Below are positions 7,100-15,065 of a stretch of 16,123 nucleotides of DNA, piece after piece; position 1 is the stretch's first letter, and each line of letters starts with the position of its first letter. The notes beneath the pieces were generated by a model that searched no databases, was not told the origin of the DNA, and saw nothing but the letters and a program-made list of their open reading frames with translations. Made by a program: the position numbers and the translations under genes. The DNA is from a virus. Taxonomy: Duplodnaviria > Heunggongvirae > Uroviricota > Caudoviricetes. The DNA is taken from positions 1 through 16,123 of the IMG/VR virus record IMGVR_UViG_2558860288_000003; one strand, 5' to 3'.

Positions 7100-7333
7100 G
7101 TTGGCATGCACGTGCTCACCTGTTTTGTAGGCTGTTCAAAACCGACATTGTAAAGTAAACCATCCCAACGACATTATTTCTTTTCGTTCAGATAAGGGCT
7201 TTCTGACTGTCACAATGTCCACTTCTGGCACAAAGCGGACGACCATTTTCAAATGGCCGTCGCATCTAACACCTCGTTTCACTCATTGTTCAACCTTACC
7301 CCCATCAGAAGGAATTCTTTCGGGGGCAACGTT

Positions 7334-7567
7334 TCAGTGTAACCAGCTGTCGTCTTCCCAGACCTGCTGCAGAATTTCCATTACACGTTCCTTATCTTCA
7401 GCCTGTCTTACCCCGCTAAGTTCAATACCATTGGCGCTGCCCTTGCGGATTCGGATAGCTGTTTTTGGGTAGAGGGGGCGCAAATTTCGGTAAAGCTCGG
7501 ATTCAAGTGCTTCTAAAAGCATCTGGCTAATTTTCTGCTCTTTATCGATCATTATTTCAATGCGCAT
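7334..7567 (-). CDS. DinI-family protein (186 Tum C-terminal-domain-like)
   Basis: The 77-aa protein MRIEIMIDKEQKISQMLLEALESELYRNLRPLYPKTAIRIRKGSANGIELSGVRQAEDKERVMEILQQVWEDDSWLH aligns with E. coli DinI as remembered (MRIEVTIAK...ELSRR...VSVRYAAANNLSV...KEDKQRISEILQETWE). ATG at 7567 is preceded by AGGGGA. Confidence 0.75.
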   Translation of the reverse strand: MRIEIMIDKEQKISQMLLEALESELYRNLRPLYPKTAIRIRKGSANGIELSGVRQAEDKERVMEILQQVWEDDSWLH

Positions 7568-7577
7568 AGATTTTCCC

Positions 7578-7766
7578 CTAACAGGTAACGTCCATTGTTC
7601 GGCTGTATTCATGGTTGCGGATTTTCGCCATCAGCTCGTCAGTCAGCTCGGAAACCCACTGGATGGCCAGCCGCTTTTCTTCGTCGCTGCACTCGCTCGC
7701 CGCTACCAGTTTTATGAAAAAATCGATGCGCTGAAGTTTCAATGATTCCAAAAGATAATCCTGCAT
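7578..7766 (-). CDS. Small protein, first gene of the SOS operon (Tum N-terminal-like?)
   Basis: ATG at 7766 with a strong SD (taatAGGAGGgaaaATG); the track start at 7787 is a GTG. The 62-aa product is MQDYLLESLKLQRIDFFIKLVAASECSDEEKRLAIQWVSELTDELMAKIRNHEYSRTMDVTC. Its TAG stop lies 10 nt before the DinI-like ATG, suggesting coupling. Confidence 0.5.
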   Translation of the reverse strand: MQDYLLESLKLQRIDFFIKLVAASECSDEEKRLAIQWVSELTDELMAKIRNHEYSRTMDVTC

Positions 7767-7798
7767 TTTCCCTCCTATTACGGCCACTTACACAAGAT

Positions 7799-7833
7799 AA
7801 CTGTATGTATATACACTGTTTATATATACAGTA
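7799..7833 (-). promoter_or_regulatory. LexA operator(s) / SOS-regulated promoter of the tum-like operon
   Basis: cACTGTTTATATATACAGTA at 7814-7833 is a perfect CTGT-N8-ACAG core and matches 18/20 of the consensus TACTGTATATATATACAGTA. A weaker overlapping box at 7799-7818 (aACTGTATGTATATACACTG) has ACAC instead of ACAG. Both lie 35-65 nt upstream of the operon start. Confidence 0.7.
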
Positions 7834-7922
7834 TAGTACCGATTTCTAAATGTAAAACGCTTTTTTGGACTTCAATAAGAAAGCCCTGATATGAGTCAAA
7901 GACAGGAAATATTTTCGGTGTG

Positions 7923-10316
7923 TCAGTAATACTGCCGCCACTTGTCATCCTCACGCAGCCGCCCGTTCTGGTAAAAGATGCGCAGCCCTCCCCCTGACGG
8001 AAGGCTGCCGCCGCGTAAAAGTAAATTCACTTCATACTCACTGCCATCGAACCCTCTGGACCGCAACTCATACTCCAGCTGCAGGCGCTGCTGCTCAGAA
8101 ATATTCTGCTTGTATGCCTTTTTCCGTTTCGGTTTTACCAGCCTGAGCCGGGCAACCAGCTCCCGCCGTTCCTTTTTGCCCATGCCGTGCAGATAGTCCT
8201 GCAGCGCCTTTTCATCCATGGACGTGATACCCGTTACTTCCCCCCCTGTTTGGTTCAAATTTTCAACAGGGGGACAGTTATTGCCACGAGTCCAAGGGGC
8301 GCAAGCGCCCTGGTCGGCTGCCGCCTCCTGAACGTCAACGGCCTTACGAACCATTTTCCACTTCACGGCATGAGTGCAGATCTTGCCCTCTGCAATAGGT
8401 GACCAGATGCCATAAATACGAATGCCGTGATCGCCATAGGCGGTCGGCTCTTCGTTGATTTCATAAGCAGTTCTGATGAGGTGATATTTGCGGGGAACCA
8501 GTACGCCACCCTGCTTCATGATGTAGGTGGCAAAACAACCAGCATCAGCAGCAGCCAGAATGGCATCAAGGCGCGGGTTATCCAGTACCGGCGCACCTGC
8601 TTTTTTGTCCCCCTGTTGCCTTGCCGCCTGACCAGCCAGCAATCGCAGTTCACGGTAAGCCTGACGCCCCGGAATGCCAAAGAAGCGGAATTGCTGAACA
8701 CGATGCAGAGACGCCCAGGCATTAACGTATTCAGCATTATCACGCAGGGATTTCCCCGTTTCCTTGCTGATCTCGCCAGCCAGACCACGCCCGTCAATGT
8801 TCTTACTGATGTATTTCACGATGTAGCTAGTCGGCGTTCCTTTGCGCGGGTTTATCAGCTCAGACTTAAAGCGTGGCCCCGTGTTATTACCCAGCTCCTC
8901 GCGGTCTTCACGGATAGCAAACTTACGCAACAATGCAGTAATGGCGCGGCGGTCTTTTTTGCGCATGAAACACAACAGGTGCCAGTGAACTGTGCCGTCA
9001 TGATGCGGCTCAGCCACCCGCACGCCATACCAGCGCAACCCGGCTTTGTGCATCGCCTTACGAAATGCAGCAAACATGCCGACCAGATAATCACTGCTTT
9101 GTCTTACCGTCGCATTTGTCCAGGTCGGGTTGGGCCTGCCGTTATTTAGCGTGGAATGGAAACGTGACGGACAGGTGATGGTGTAGAAAACGGCGCAGTC
9201 ACCGCGCATTTCCGCGATAAGCTCCAGACCTTTAACACAGGCCATCATCTCATTGCGGCGATGCGCAGGGTTGCTGCTGCTGGCGTTTACCACATCCTCC
9301 ATGTCCAGCGTGTCGCCGTCTTCGTTCACCAGTTCATGAGAACGGAAAAACTCCAGCGACTTACGGCGCTGCTCACGTTTATGCATCACGGCTTCATAGC
9401 TGACATAGGGAGATGCTTTTTTGCTGACCAGGCAAACAGCACGCAACTGCTCTTCCCGCCATTCGCAACGCATCTTCCATAATTTCCGGTACCACCAATC
9501 GGCGCACAACATACGCGCCAGCGAACCCGGAATGAGTTCATAGGGCACGGGTTTACGGCGGTTTCTTTTCCGGCGGAGTTGCTCAAACGCAGGCGGTATG
9601 ACATCCAGTCGCAGGGTTTCTGCTGCCACCTTTTCCCATGTCTTGCGGATTTCTTCTGGCTTAACATCATCGGTGGCGTACAAATCACCACAAGCGGCAT
9701 CAAGACACATACTCATATGCGCAGCGACAAGAGTAGACAGGCGTTTCACCTGATCCTGACTCATTTCAGGCAAGATCAGCAGGCCGTCCAGCCCTTCATG
9801 GCTTGCCATAAAGCGAAAAGAAGTGGATAGCTGACTGTCGCGTACATGCTCCAGTCGTTCCAGACATGGCTTAATCGTCTCACGCAAATAGCGGGAATAA
9901 GCCTTTGGCCTGCCCAGGCTGCTGAAGTATTCAATACGTTGCATCAGCGGCTTGCTGATATGGGAAGGCTGGGCGTTAACGTCCGCCAGTATGACCATGT
10001 CCGGATTAAAACGCTGCTGCTCATGCGCCAGCTTTGCCCGGCTAATAAGCTTATCCTGCTCCATTTCGCGCTGGACAGGATCACGGGATTCATTAAAGAA
10101 ATAACGCTCCCAGACCTGATCACTCAGTGCCTCGCGGCGCAGTTGTTCCTGCTCGTTATCGGCAGCGTACAGAGTGATCAGGTTTGAAAGCGCAGAAACC
10201 GGCGCAACTTCCGCCGGGTCCAGATAAGGGTTAATAGCCTTTTTCGGGCTGTTCCATGAGAATGCTGCGGCGGCCTCGTTAAAGCCGCTGCAGTTGTTCA
10301 TATCAGCATGGCTCAT
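7923..10316 (-). CDS. Replication initiation protein, P2 gpA family (rolling-circle HUH endonuclease)
   Basis: The 797-aa protein contains a His-hydrophobic-His motif ([11 protein letters not shown]) and sits at the P2 gene A position downstream of the early genes. Its start overlaps the dam stop (ATGA). Confidence 0.85.
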   Translation of the reverse strand: MSHADMNNCSGFNEAAAAFSWNSPKKAINPYLDPAEVAPVSALSNLITLYAADNEQEQLRREALSDQVWERYFFNESRDPVQREMEQDKLISRAKLAHEQQRFNPDMVILADVNAQPSHISKPLMQRIEYFSSLGRPKAYSRYLRETIKPCLERLEHVRDSQLSTSFRFMASHEGLDGLLILPEMSQDQVKRLSTLVAAHMSMCLDAACGDLYATDDVKPEEIRKTWEKVAAETLRLDVIPPAFEQLRRKRNRRKPVPYELIPGSLARMLCADWWYRKLWKMRCEWREEQLRAVCLVSKKASPYVSYEAVMHKREQRRKSLEFFRSHELVNEDGDTLDMEDVVNASSSNPAHRRNEMMACVKGLELIAEMRGDCAVFYTITCPSRFHSTLNNGRPNPTWTNATVRQSSDYLVGMFAAFRKAMHKAGLRWYGVRVAEPHHDGTVHWHLLCFMRKKDRRAITALLRKFAIREDREELGNNTGPRFKSELINPRKGTPTSYIVKYISKNIDGRGLAGEISKETGKSLRDNAEYVNAWASLHRVQQFRFFGIPGRQAYRELRLLAGQAARQQGDKKAGAPVLDNPRLDAILAAADAGCFATYIMKQGGVLVPRKYHLIRTAYEINEEPTAYGDHGIRIYGIWSPIAEGKICTHAVKWKMVRKAVDVQEAAADQGACAPWTRGNNCPPVENLNQTGGEVTGITSMDEKALQDYLHGMGKKERRELVARLRLVKPKRKKAYKQNISEQQRLQLEYELRSRGFDGSEYEVNLLLRGGSLPSGGGLRIFYQNGRLREDDKWRQYY

Positions 10317-11170
10317 GCACGCACTCCGTACACGGCAGAACTATCCACGCCACGCGAAGAATCAAATCCCACCCAGCAGCGTGCCCCAGAAACAGCGATG
10401 ATTTCTGTTGCAGATTTACTCTCACCAGCTGCTACGCCGATGCTGCGTTTTGCCTTGATGTAGTGGTGAGTAAAATTGCGATACAGCGAACGGATCAGGG
10501 ATGTGTCACTGTTAGAAACAATGACCGGATGTCCTTCTGATGACCGATGTTCAAGAACGGATGCCAGGTGATACTGGTCATCTTCAGTGAAACCATCAGT
10601 GTGATAGCCGGAAAACGTACCGTCATACGGCGGATCGCAATACACCACATCCCCCGCCTTCAACATCGCCAGCGTTTCATCAAAGCTGGCGCAGATAAAC
10701 GTTGCTCGCTGGGCCTTTTCTGCAAATGCGCGAATTTCTTTTTCAGGGAAATACGGATTTTTATAATTACCGTAGGGAATGTTGAAATGCCCGCTCTTGT
10801 TATAGCTACATAAACCACGGTAACCGTGACGATTGAGATACAGGAAATATACCGCTTTCATGAAATCAGTAATTTCAGTTGAGTAATTAAACTCCTGCCT
10901 TATGTTGTAATAAGCCACCTCCCTGTTTGCGATCTCAAATAAAACTCTGGCGCGAGATATAAACGATTCACAATCAGCAGCAACCTTTTTATAGAGGTTG
11001 ATTAAATCAGGATTAATATCCGCAACAAGATAGCTGGGGTAATCCGTCTCCATCATCACAGCACAGGAACCCGCGAAAGGTTCAACCAGTCGCGGGCCAG
11101 CAGGAAGATGTTTTTTCAGTTCGGACATAATGGTAGTTTTATTACCCGCCCATTTCAGGATGGTGCTCAT
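10313..11170 (-). CDS. DNA adenine methyltransferase (Dam-like, GATC-type N6-adenine MTase)
   Basis: From the ATG at 11170 the protein starts [62 protein letters not shown]... and contains a DPPY catalytic motif ([12 protein letters not shown]). SD AGGAGG; the track start at 11242 lies inside the upstream gene. Confidence 0.85.
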
Positions 11171-11469
11171 ACAGCACCTCCTGCAATAACATATCCTAAA
11201 GCTTCTAATGGGGTTAATGGGCGAATTGATAGCATCACCCATTGTTCTGAAACTGCCATGACGTCATTAACCGGAAGCACATGAGAGATAACAGCGGCCC
11301 ATTCCCTACCCGTAAATACGCCATGCTTCCATTCGCAAAGAGAAAGAACATCACCAACTTTATAGCCACGATCGTCTTTACGAAGTTCAGCCGTCTTTTG
11401 ACCTGCAACCACAGCGTTGAAATACTTAGGTGCAATTTTTAATTGATGGATACGCACTGCCCTTGTCAT
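11167..11469 (-). CDS. Small early protein, ASCH / DUF3850-like
   Basis: From the ATG at 11469 the 100-aa protein starts [41 protein letters not shown].... SD GGAGG. It has ATGA overlaps with both neighbours. Confidence 0.55.
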
Positions 11470-11693
11470 ACAGCACCTCCGTTGTAATGTTTGCCTTTCA
11501 GCTCTACGATTTCCTGGCAGGTAATGCAAAGCTGCACTCCCGGAATGGCGCGGCGTCGTGCTGGCGGAATTGGCGCTTCACATTCAATACAAAGCACGCG
11601 AGACACGCCCGGTGTTTTGGCACGGGCAGCACGAATATGGCGCTGGCGTTCTTCTTCAACGCGCTGCTGTACGAGATCCATTGCATCAGCCAT
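11466..11693 (-). CDS. TraR/DksA-family C4 zinc-finger protein
   Basis: The 75-aa protein has a Cys-x2-Cys ... Cys-x2-Cys arrangement (CIECEAPIP...LCITCQ), typical of the small TraR-like zinc-finger proteins in P2-family early operons. Confidence 0.7.
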
Positions 11694-11926
11694 TAGTGGA
11701 TCTCCTGCGCTTCGTTCTGGATTGCTTCAGCAGTTACACGCAGCAGTTCTGCCGCTTCGACGTGGTTTAGCTGGCGGGATGTGATATGACACGCCAGGCT
11801 ATCAAGGCGAGCTGCCATTGCTTCAGCCCTTGCCCGGCGTTCTTCCAGACGAGCCTCTGTCAGTAAAATATTAAGCCCTGCGTCATCCGGTCCGGTTTTA
11901 GTCGAGAGGGTTTCAATATTACGCAT
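11693..11926 (-). CDS. Hypothetical early protein (small, helical)
   Basis: ATG at 11926 with SD AGGAGA. The 77-aa product is rich in Ala/Arg/Glu. Its stop overlaps the next start (TAATG). Confidence 0.45.
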   Translation of the reverse strand: MRNIETLSTKTGPDDAGLNILLTEARLEERRARAEAMAARLDSLACHITSRQLNHVEAAELLRVTAEAIQNEAQEIH

Positions 11927-11993
11927 AATCAATTCTCCTGAATTTAGATAAAGGGATGCCCGGCGGGTTTACGCCATTAATTTCATTAGTTGG

Positions 11994-12335
11994 TTAATTC
12001 GGCATGGTTAGCCGTCTGGGAAATAAGCTCACCACTGCACGAAAATGATTCATTGCTTTAATCAACTCCCGCTTTTCGTCAGTGGTCAGCTCATTAATGC
12101 TGATGCTATGACGTTCAGCTGGAATTTTTGCCATAAAGAATATGGCAGCCAGTGCCCGTTTATTTTGTTCGCTATTAATATCGCGTGGATCACGCATATC
12201 TTTAATAAACCGCTCAAGCTCTGACTCAATATTCAGACCAAAAACTTTCGCCCTTAACTCCGCAATGTGATTAAGTCCATTCAGGCGTTGACCGGGGCTT
12301 AATGGAACAGTCGCCGCAGCGCCTTCAATAGCCAT
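11994..12335 (-). CDS. Hypothetical early protein (at the 186 dhr position)
   Basis: ATG at 12335 with SD GGGGGA. The 113-aa ORF overlaps the upstream fil-like ORF by 37 nt in another frame. Confidence 0.45.
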   Translation of the reverse strand: MAIEGAAATVPLSPGQRLNGLNHIAELRAKVFGLNIESELERFIKDMRDPRDINSEQNKRALAAIFFMAKIPAERHSISINELTTDEKRELIKAMNHFRAVVSLFPRRLTMPN

Positions 12336-12499
12336 TTGTTCCCCCGTTTTTTCGTAGATAGTTCTGCCAGCAATTCATCTTGTGAACGGCACGGATGCCA
12401 GCGTTTACCATCCTCACCCATGATCCAGCCGTGACCGTAGTGCATTGCCGGGCTTTGTTTAACCAGCAGCGATGCAAATGATGGTTCTTTCGTAAGCAT
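12299..12499 (-). CDS. Small early protein, possibly Fil-like
   Basis: ATG at 12499 with SD GAGGTG; the 66-aa product is MLTKEPSFASLLVKQSPAMHYGHGWIMGEDGKRWHPCRSQDELLAELSTKKRGNK.... The position immediately after cII matches fil in 186. The family assignment is from memory only. Confidence 0.4.
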   Translation of the reverse strand: MLTKEPSFASLLVKQSPAMHYGHGWIMGEDGKRWHPCRSQDELLAELSTKKRGNKWLLKALRRLFH

Positions 12500-12506
12500 A
12501 AGCACC

Positions 12507-13016
12507 TCACAGCAAACCGAATGAAGCACCAAGGCCAGTCATGGTATCAACTGCACTCGCCATCGCCGGGTTAGCCTGTAAACGGGCCTGCAATGAAACA
12601 GCAGCCAGCGCCATCAGTCGTGTTACAGAGTTAATGCTGCTGATAGCATCACGACGACCTGCACTGGTTTTTACATTGCCAGATACCGCACCTGCAGCAA
12701 CACGCCCGATCTCTGCGGTTGCACTCATGACGTAATGCGGCAGTTTCTCTTTTGCTACCTCATTAATCGGTACACATGGCAGGCAGTGAATCTGTGCCAG
12801 AAAACCATCTATCAGCGTTGAATCTTCAGTCAGATCGGTAAGCAGCCAGATTTCTGGCGCATTGAGCTGATGCGGTTGATCTGGGTTGAGTTTGTTTCGC
12901 AGAGTCTGGACATTCATTCCTGCACGTTCTGCCAGCTTCGCCATATTGTGACGAAGTGCAAAAGCTCTACAGGCTTCATCAAAATGCGGGTGTTTGGAAA
13001 TCTTATAATCAAACAT
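12507..13016 (-). CDS. cII: CII-like lysogeny establishment regulator (186 CII family)
   Basis: The 169-aa protein MFDYKISKHPHFDEACRAFALRHNMAKLAERAGMNVQTLRNKLNPDQPHQLNAPEIWLLTDLTEDSTLIDGFLAQIHCLPCVPINE... has the same length and the same start as 186 CII as remembered. SD AAGGGGG. Confidence 0.8.
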   Translation of the reverse strand: MFDYKISKHPHFDEACRAFALRHNMAKLAERAGMNVQTLRNKLNPDQPHQLNAPEIWLLTDLTEDSTLIDGFLAQIHCLPCVPINEVAKEKLPHYVMSATAEIGRVAAGAVSGNVKTSAGRRDAISSINSVTRLMALAAVSLQARLQANPAMASAVDTMTGLGASFGLL

Positions 13017-13048
13017 GCTACCCCCTTAGAAAGTTCTCATAATTGAAC

Positions 13049-13291
13049 TTACTTACCAACAATGACGCGGAAGTTGGAATGACCGAGGGATTCACGGACC
13101 TGATCGGTTTTGTACATTAAATAACGCAGGCTTACGCGGCCTTTGTTTTTTTCTTTCTTGACCATGTATTTAGCAAGCTGACCATGGTGAATTTTTTGAT
13201 ACACGGAGCCGCGGGAGATACCTTCCCATTCCGCGAACTCTGCAGGCGTAGCCATCTCTTTTGGTACACGAATTGAAATATCAGTACTCAT
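13049..13291 (-). CDS. Apl/Cox-like excisionase-repressor, first gene of the lytic operon
   Basis: 80-aa basic protein, divergent from cI and immediately upstream of cII. It has a helix-turn-helix-like segment (ATPAEFAEWEGISRGSVYQKIHHGQL). Confidence 0.6.
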   Translation of the reverse strand: MSTDISIRVPKEMATPAEFAEWEGISRGSVYQKIHHGQLAKYMVKKEKNKGRVSLRYLMYKTDQVRESLGHSNFRVIVGK

Positions 13292-13407
13292 AGTGCAGTA
13301 TCTCTTAGTTTGGTTTCGTTTTATCTTGTTTTATGTGGTTTGGTTTTGCTTTTCAAACCATAAATGGATATTGGGATCACTTTTTATATACGTCAAGGGG
13401 TTTGATT
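13292..13407. promoter_or_regulatory. Divergent lytic/lysogenic promoter-operator switch region
   Basis: 116-bp AT-rich intergenic region between the divergent apl-like and cI-like genes. It has repeated TTTGGTTT motifs (around 13310 and 13339) and an inverted repeat GGTTT-N8-AAACC around 13340-13357. Confidence 0.5.
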
Positions 13408-14040
13408 ATGAGTTTGATCAAGGCGGGAAATGATAGTGGTGGGCGCGATGCAATTAACAGGCTTATTAAGGCTTACAACTTCAGCTCACGACAGCAGCTC
13501 TGCGAACATCTGGAGGTATCCAAAAGCACTATGGCTAACAGATACTTAAGGGATAGCTTTCCTGCCGAATGGGTAATTCAATGTGCCCTTGAAACAGGAG
13601 CTTCCCTTCTATGGCTGGCTACTGGTCAAGGAGATATGTATGCGTGTGAGAACGAAGAAACAAATCTCAAAAATGAACCTCCCGTCACTGTAAGACCACT
13701 TTCTAAGATCGTTGCTCCTAGCATCAAACGTGTTGAACTGAAGAACGGCGAACTGCAGGCAAGTGATGAAATTCTTCTTGATAGCAGCCTGCTCGATGGT
13801 GACTCATCCAACGCTTTATTTGTTAAAACAGCTAATAATAGCTTTGTAGTGGATACGTCCGTTAAACAAGTCAGTAATGGCTTCTGGTTAGTCGATATGG
13901 ACGGAGTTAAAAGCATCGTCAAAATTGCGCGCATACCCGGAAACAAAATAGTAGTTAACCAAGATGACACTTCATTTGAATGTTCTGTAGATGATGTGGA
14001 AGTCGTAGGACGTGCAGTCAAAGTAATCAAGAACCTCTAA
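13408..14040 (+). CDS. cI: CI-like immunity repressor (186 CI type)
   Basis: ATG at 13408 with SD AAGGGG (the track start at 13333 has no SD and a non-protein-like leader). The 210-aa protein has an N-terminal DNA-binding-like region, sits divergent from apl/cII and lies directly upstream of int. Confidence 0.75.
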   Translation: MSLIKAGNDSGGRDAINRLIKAYNFSSRQQLCEHLEVSKSTMANRYLRDSFPAEWVIQCALETGASLLWLATGQGDMYACENEETNLKNEPPVTVRPLSKIVAPSIKRVELKNGELQASDEILLDSSLLDGDSSNALFVKTANNSFVVDTSVKQVSNGFWLVDMDGVKSIVKIARIPGNKIVVNQDDTSFECSVDDVEVVGRAVKVIKNL

Positions 14041-14043
14041 CTT

Positions 14044-15060
14044 ATGACCATCAGAAAACAGCCGAACGGAAAATGGTTGTGTGAGTGCTATCCCAATGGA
14101 CGCAATGGTAAGCGCGTGCGTAAGCAATTTGCTACCAAAGGCGAAGCCATTGCATTTGAAAGCTTCACCATGGACGAAGTAAACAAAAAGCCATGGCTTG
14201 GTGAGAAGGAAGATCGGCGGCGATTATCAGAAGTGATTGAGCAGTGGTATTCCCTATATGGTCAAACACTCGCAGACCCCAAACGCCTGATGGCGAAACT
14301 TAGAATTATCTGTAATGGTCTAGGCGATCCCATCGCCTCTGAGCTGACAGCAGGTGATTTCACAAAATATCGGGAAGCCAGATTAAAGGGGGAGGTCCAA
14401 AATGAAGACGGCTCGTTCATGTCACCCGTTAAACCTCGCACAGTTAATCTTGAGCAGCGTAACCTGTCATCGGTGTTCGGTACATTGAAAAAACTAGGGC
14501 ACTGGTCCGCACCAAACCCGCTGGCAGGGCTTCCAACCTTCAAAATTGCTGAAGGTGAATTGGCTTTTCTTTCCACGGACGAAATCAAACGCCTGCTTAA
14601 TGCCTGCGCCGAATCTCAAAACACCAGCCTACTAATGATTGCAAAAATATGCCTGGCTACTGGTGCGCGATGGAGTGAAGCAGAAAACTTGCAGGGCCAT
14701 CAGTTATCAAAATACCGGATCACCTATACCAAGACAAAAGGTAAGAAAAATCGTACCGTGCCGATATCTCAAAATCTGTATGATGAACTCCCCAAGAACA
14801 GAGGGAAACTATTCACACCGTGCAGAAAAGCCTTTGAACGAGCAGTAAAGCGAGCAGGCATCGAGCTACCAGAGGGCCAATGCACCCACGTGCTGCGTCA
14901 TACATTCGCCAGTCATTTTATGATGAATGGCGGGAATATTCTTGTCCTTAAAGAAATATTGGGCCATGCCGATATAAAAATGACGATGGTTTACGCACAC
15001 TTTTCTCCAGACCATCTAGAAGATGCTGTTACAAAAAATCCTTTACATAATTTGGTTTAA
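14044..15060 (+). CDS. int: Tyrosine integrase, P2/186 family
   Basis: The 338-aa protein starts MTIRKQPNGKWLCECYPNGRNGKRVRKQFATKGEAIAFESF..., typical of P2-family integrases. The C-terminal catalytic region has HVLRHTFASHF and a Tyr in MVYAHF. Confidence 0.9.
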   Translation: MTIRKQPNGKWLCECYPNGRNGKRVRKQFATKGEAIAFESFTMDEVNKKPWLGEKEDRRRLSEVIEQWYSLYGQTLADPKRLMAKLRIICNGLGDPIASELTAGDFTKYREARLKGEVQNEDGSFMSPVKPRTVNLEQRNLSSVFGTLKKLGHWSAPNPLAGLPTFKIAEGELAFLSTDEIKRLLNACAESQNTSLLMIAKICLATGARWSEAENLQGHQLSKYRITYTKTKGKKNRTVPISQNLYDELPKNRGKLFTPCRKAFERAVKRAGIELPEGQCTHVLRHTFASHFMMNGGNILVLKEILGHADIKMTMVYAHFSPDHLEDAVTKNPLHNLV

Positions 15061-15065
15061 TAGAA

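Larger units (their letters stand above)
1..15060. mobile_element. Integrated 186-like / P2-family prophage (partial; continues beyond the left edge), probably defective
   Basis: Gene content and order match the P2/186 map read in reverse: M, N remnant, P, Q, cos-proximal cargo, tum-like SOS operon, A, early genes, cII, apl, cI, int. The presence of cII, an Apl-like gene and a LexA-controlled DinI-like operon points to 186-type rather than P2-type regulation. Confidence 0.85.

Noticed and set aside
7296-7326. CCCCC...GGGGG imperfect hairpin downstream of the DinI-like gene as a terminator
   Set aside because: The stem is interrupted, the loop is long and no T-run follows on the minus strand. 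It is too weak to call.
7215-7472. 85-codon plus-strand ORF between lysR and the DinI-like gene
   Set aside because: The translation is Ser/Thr/Cys-rich and not protein-like. It has no SD and overlaps the DinI-like gene's 3' end antisense.
7978-10187. Several plus-strand ORFs inside gene A (for example 8427..9149 at 240 codons, 9846..10187)
   Set aside because: They are antisense to the replication gene, which is continuous over 797 codons with an HUH motif. A long antisense ORF is expected by chance in a gene this long.
11235-11784. Overlapping small ORFs in both strands around the early operon (11235..11435, 11430..11696, 11491..11784, 11504..11686, 11558..11770)
   Set aside because: They conflict with a tidy chain of translationally coupled minus-strand genes with good SDs, and none has a comparable start context.
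13333-13407. Upstream ATG at 13333 as the start of the cI-like gene
   Set aside because: It has no SD and would add a hydrophobic, non-protein-like 25-aa leader. The ATG at 13408 has an AAGGGG SD and gives a typical repressor N-terminus.
13626-14030. 134-codon minus-strand ORF antisense to cI
   Set aside because: Ser/Thr-rich low-complexity translation inside a well-supported repressor gene.
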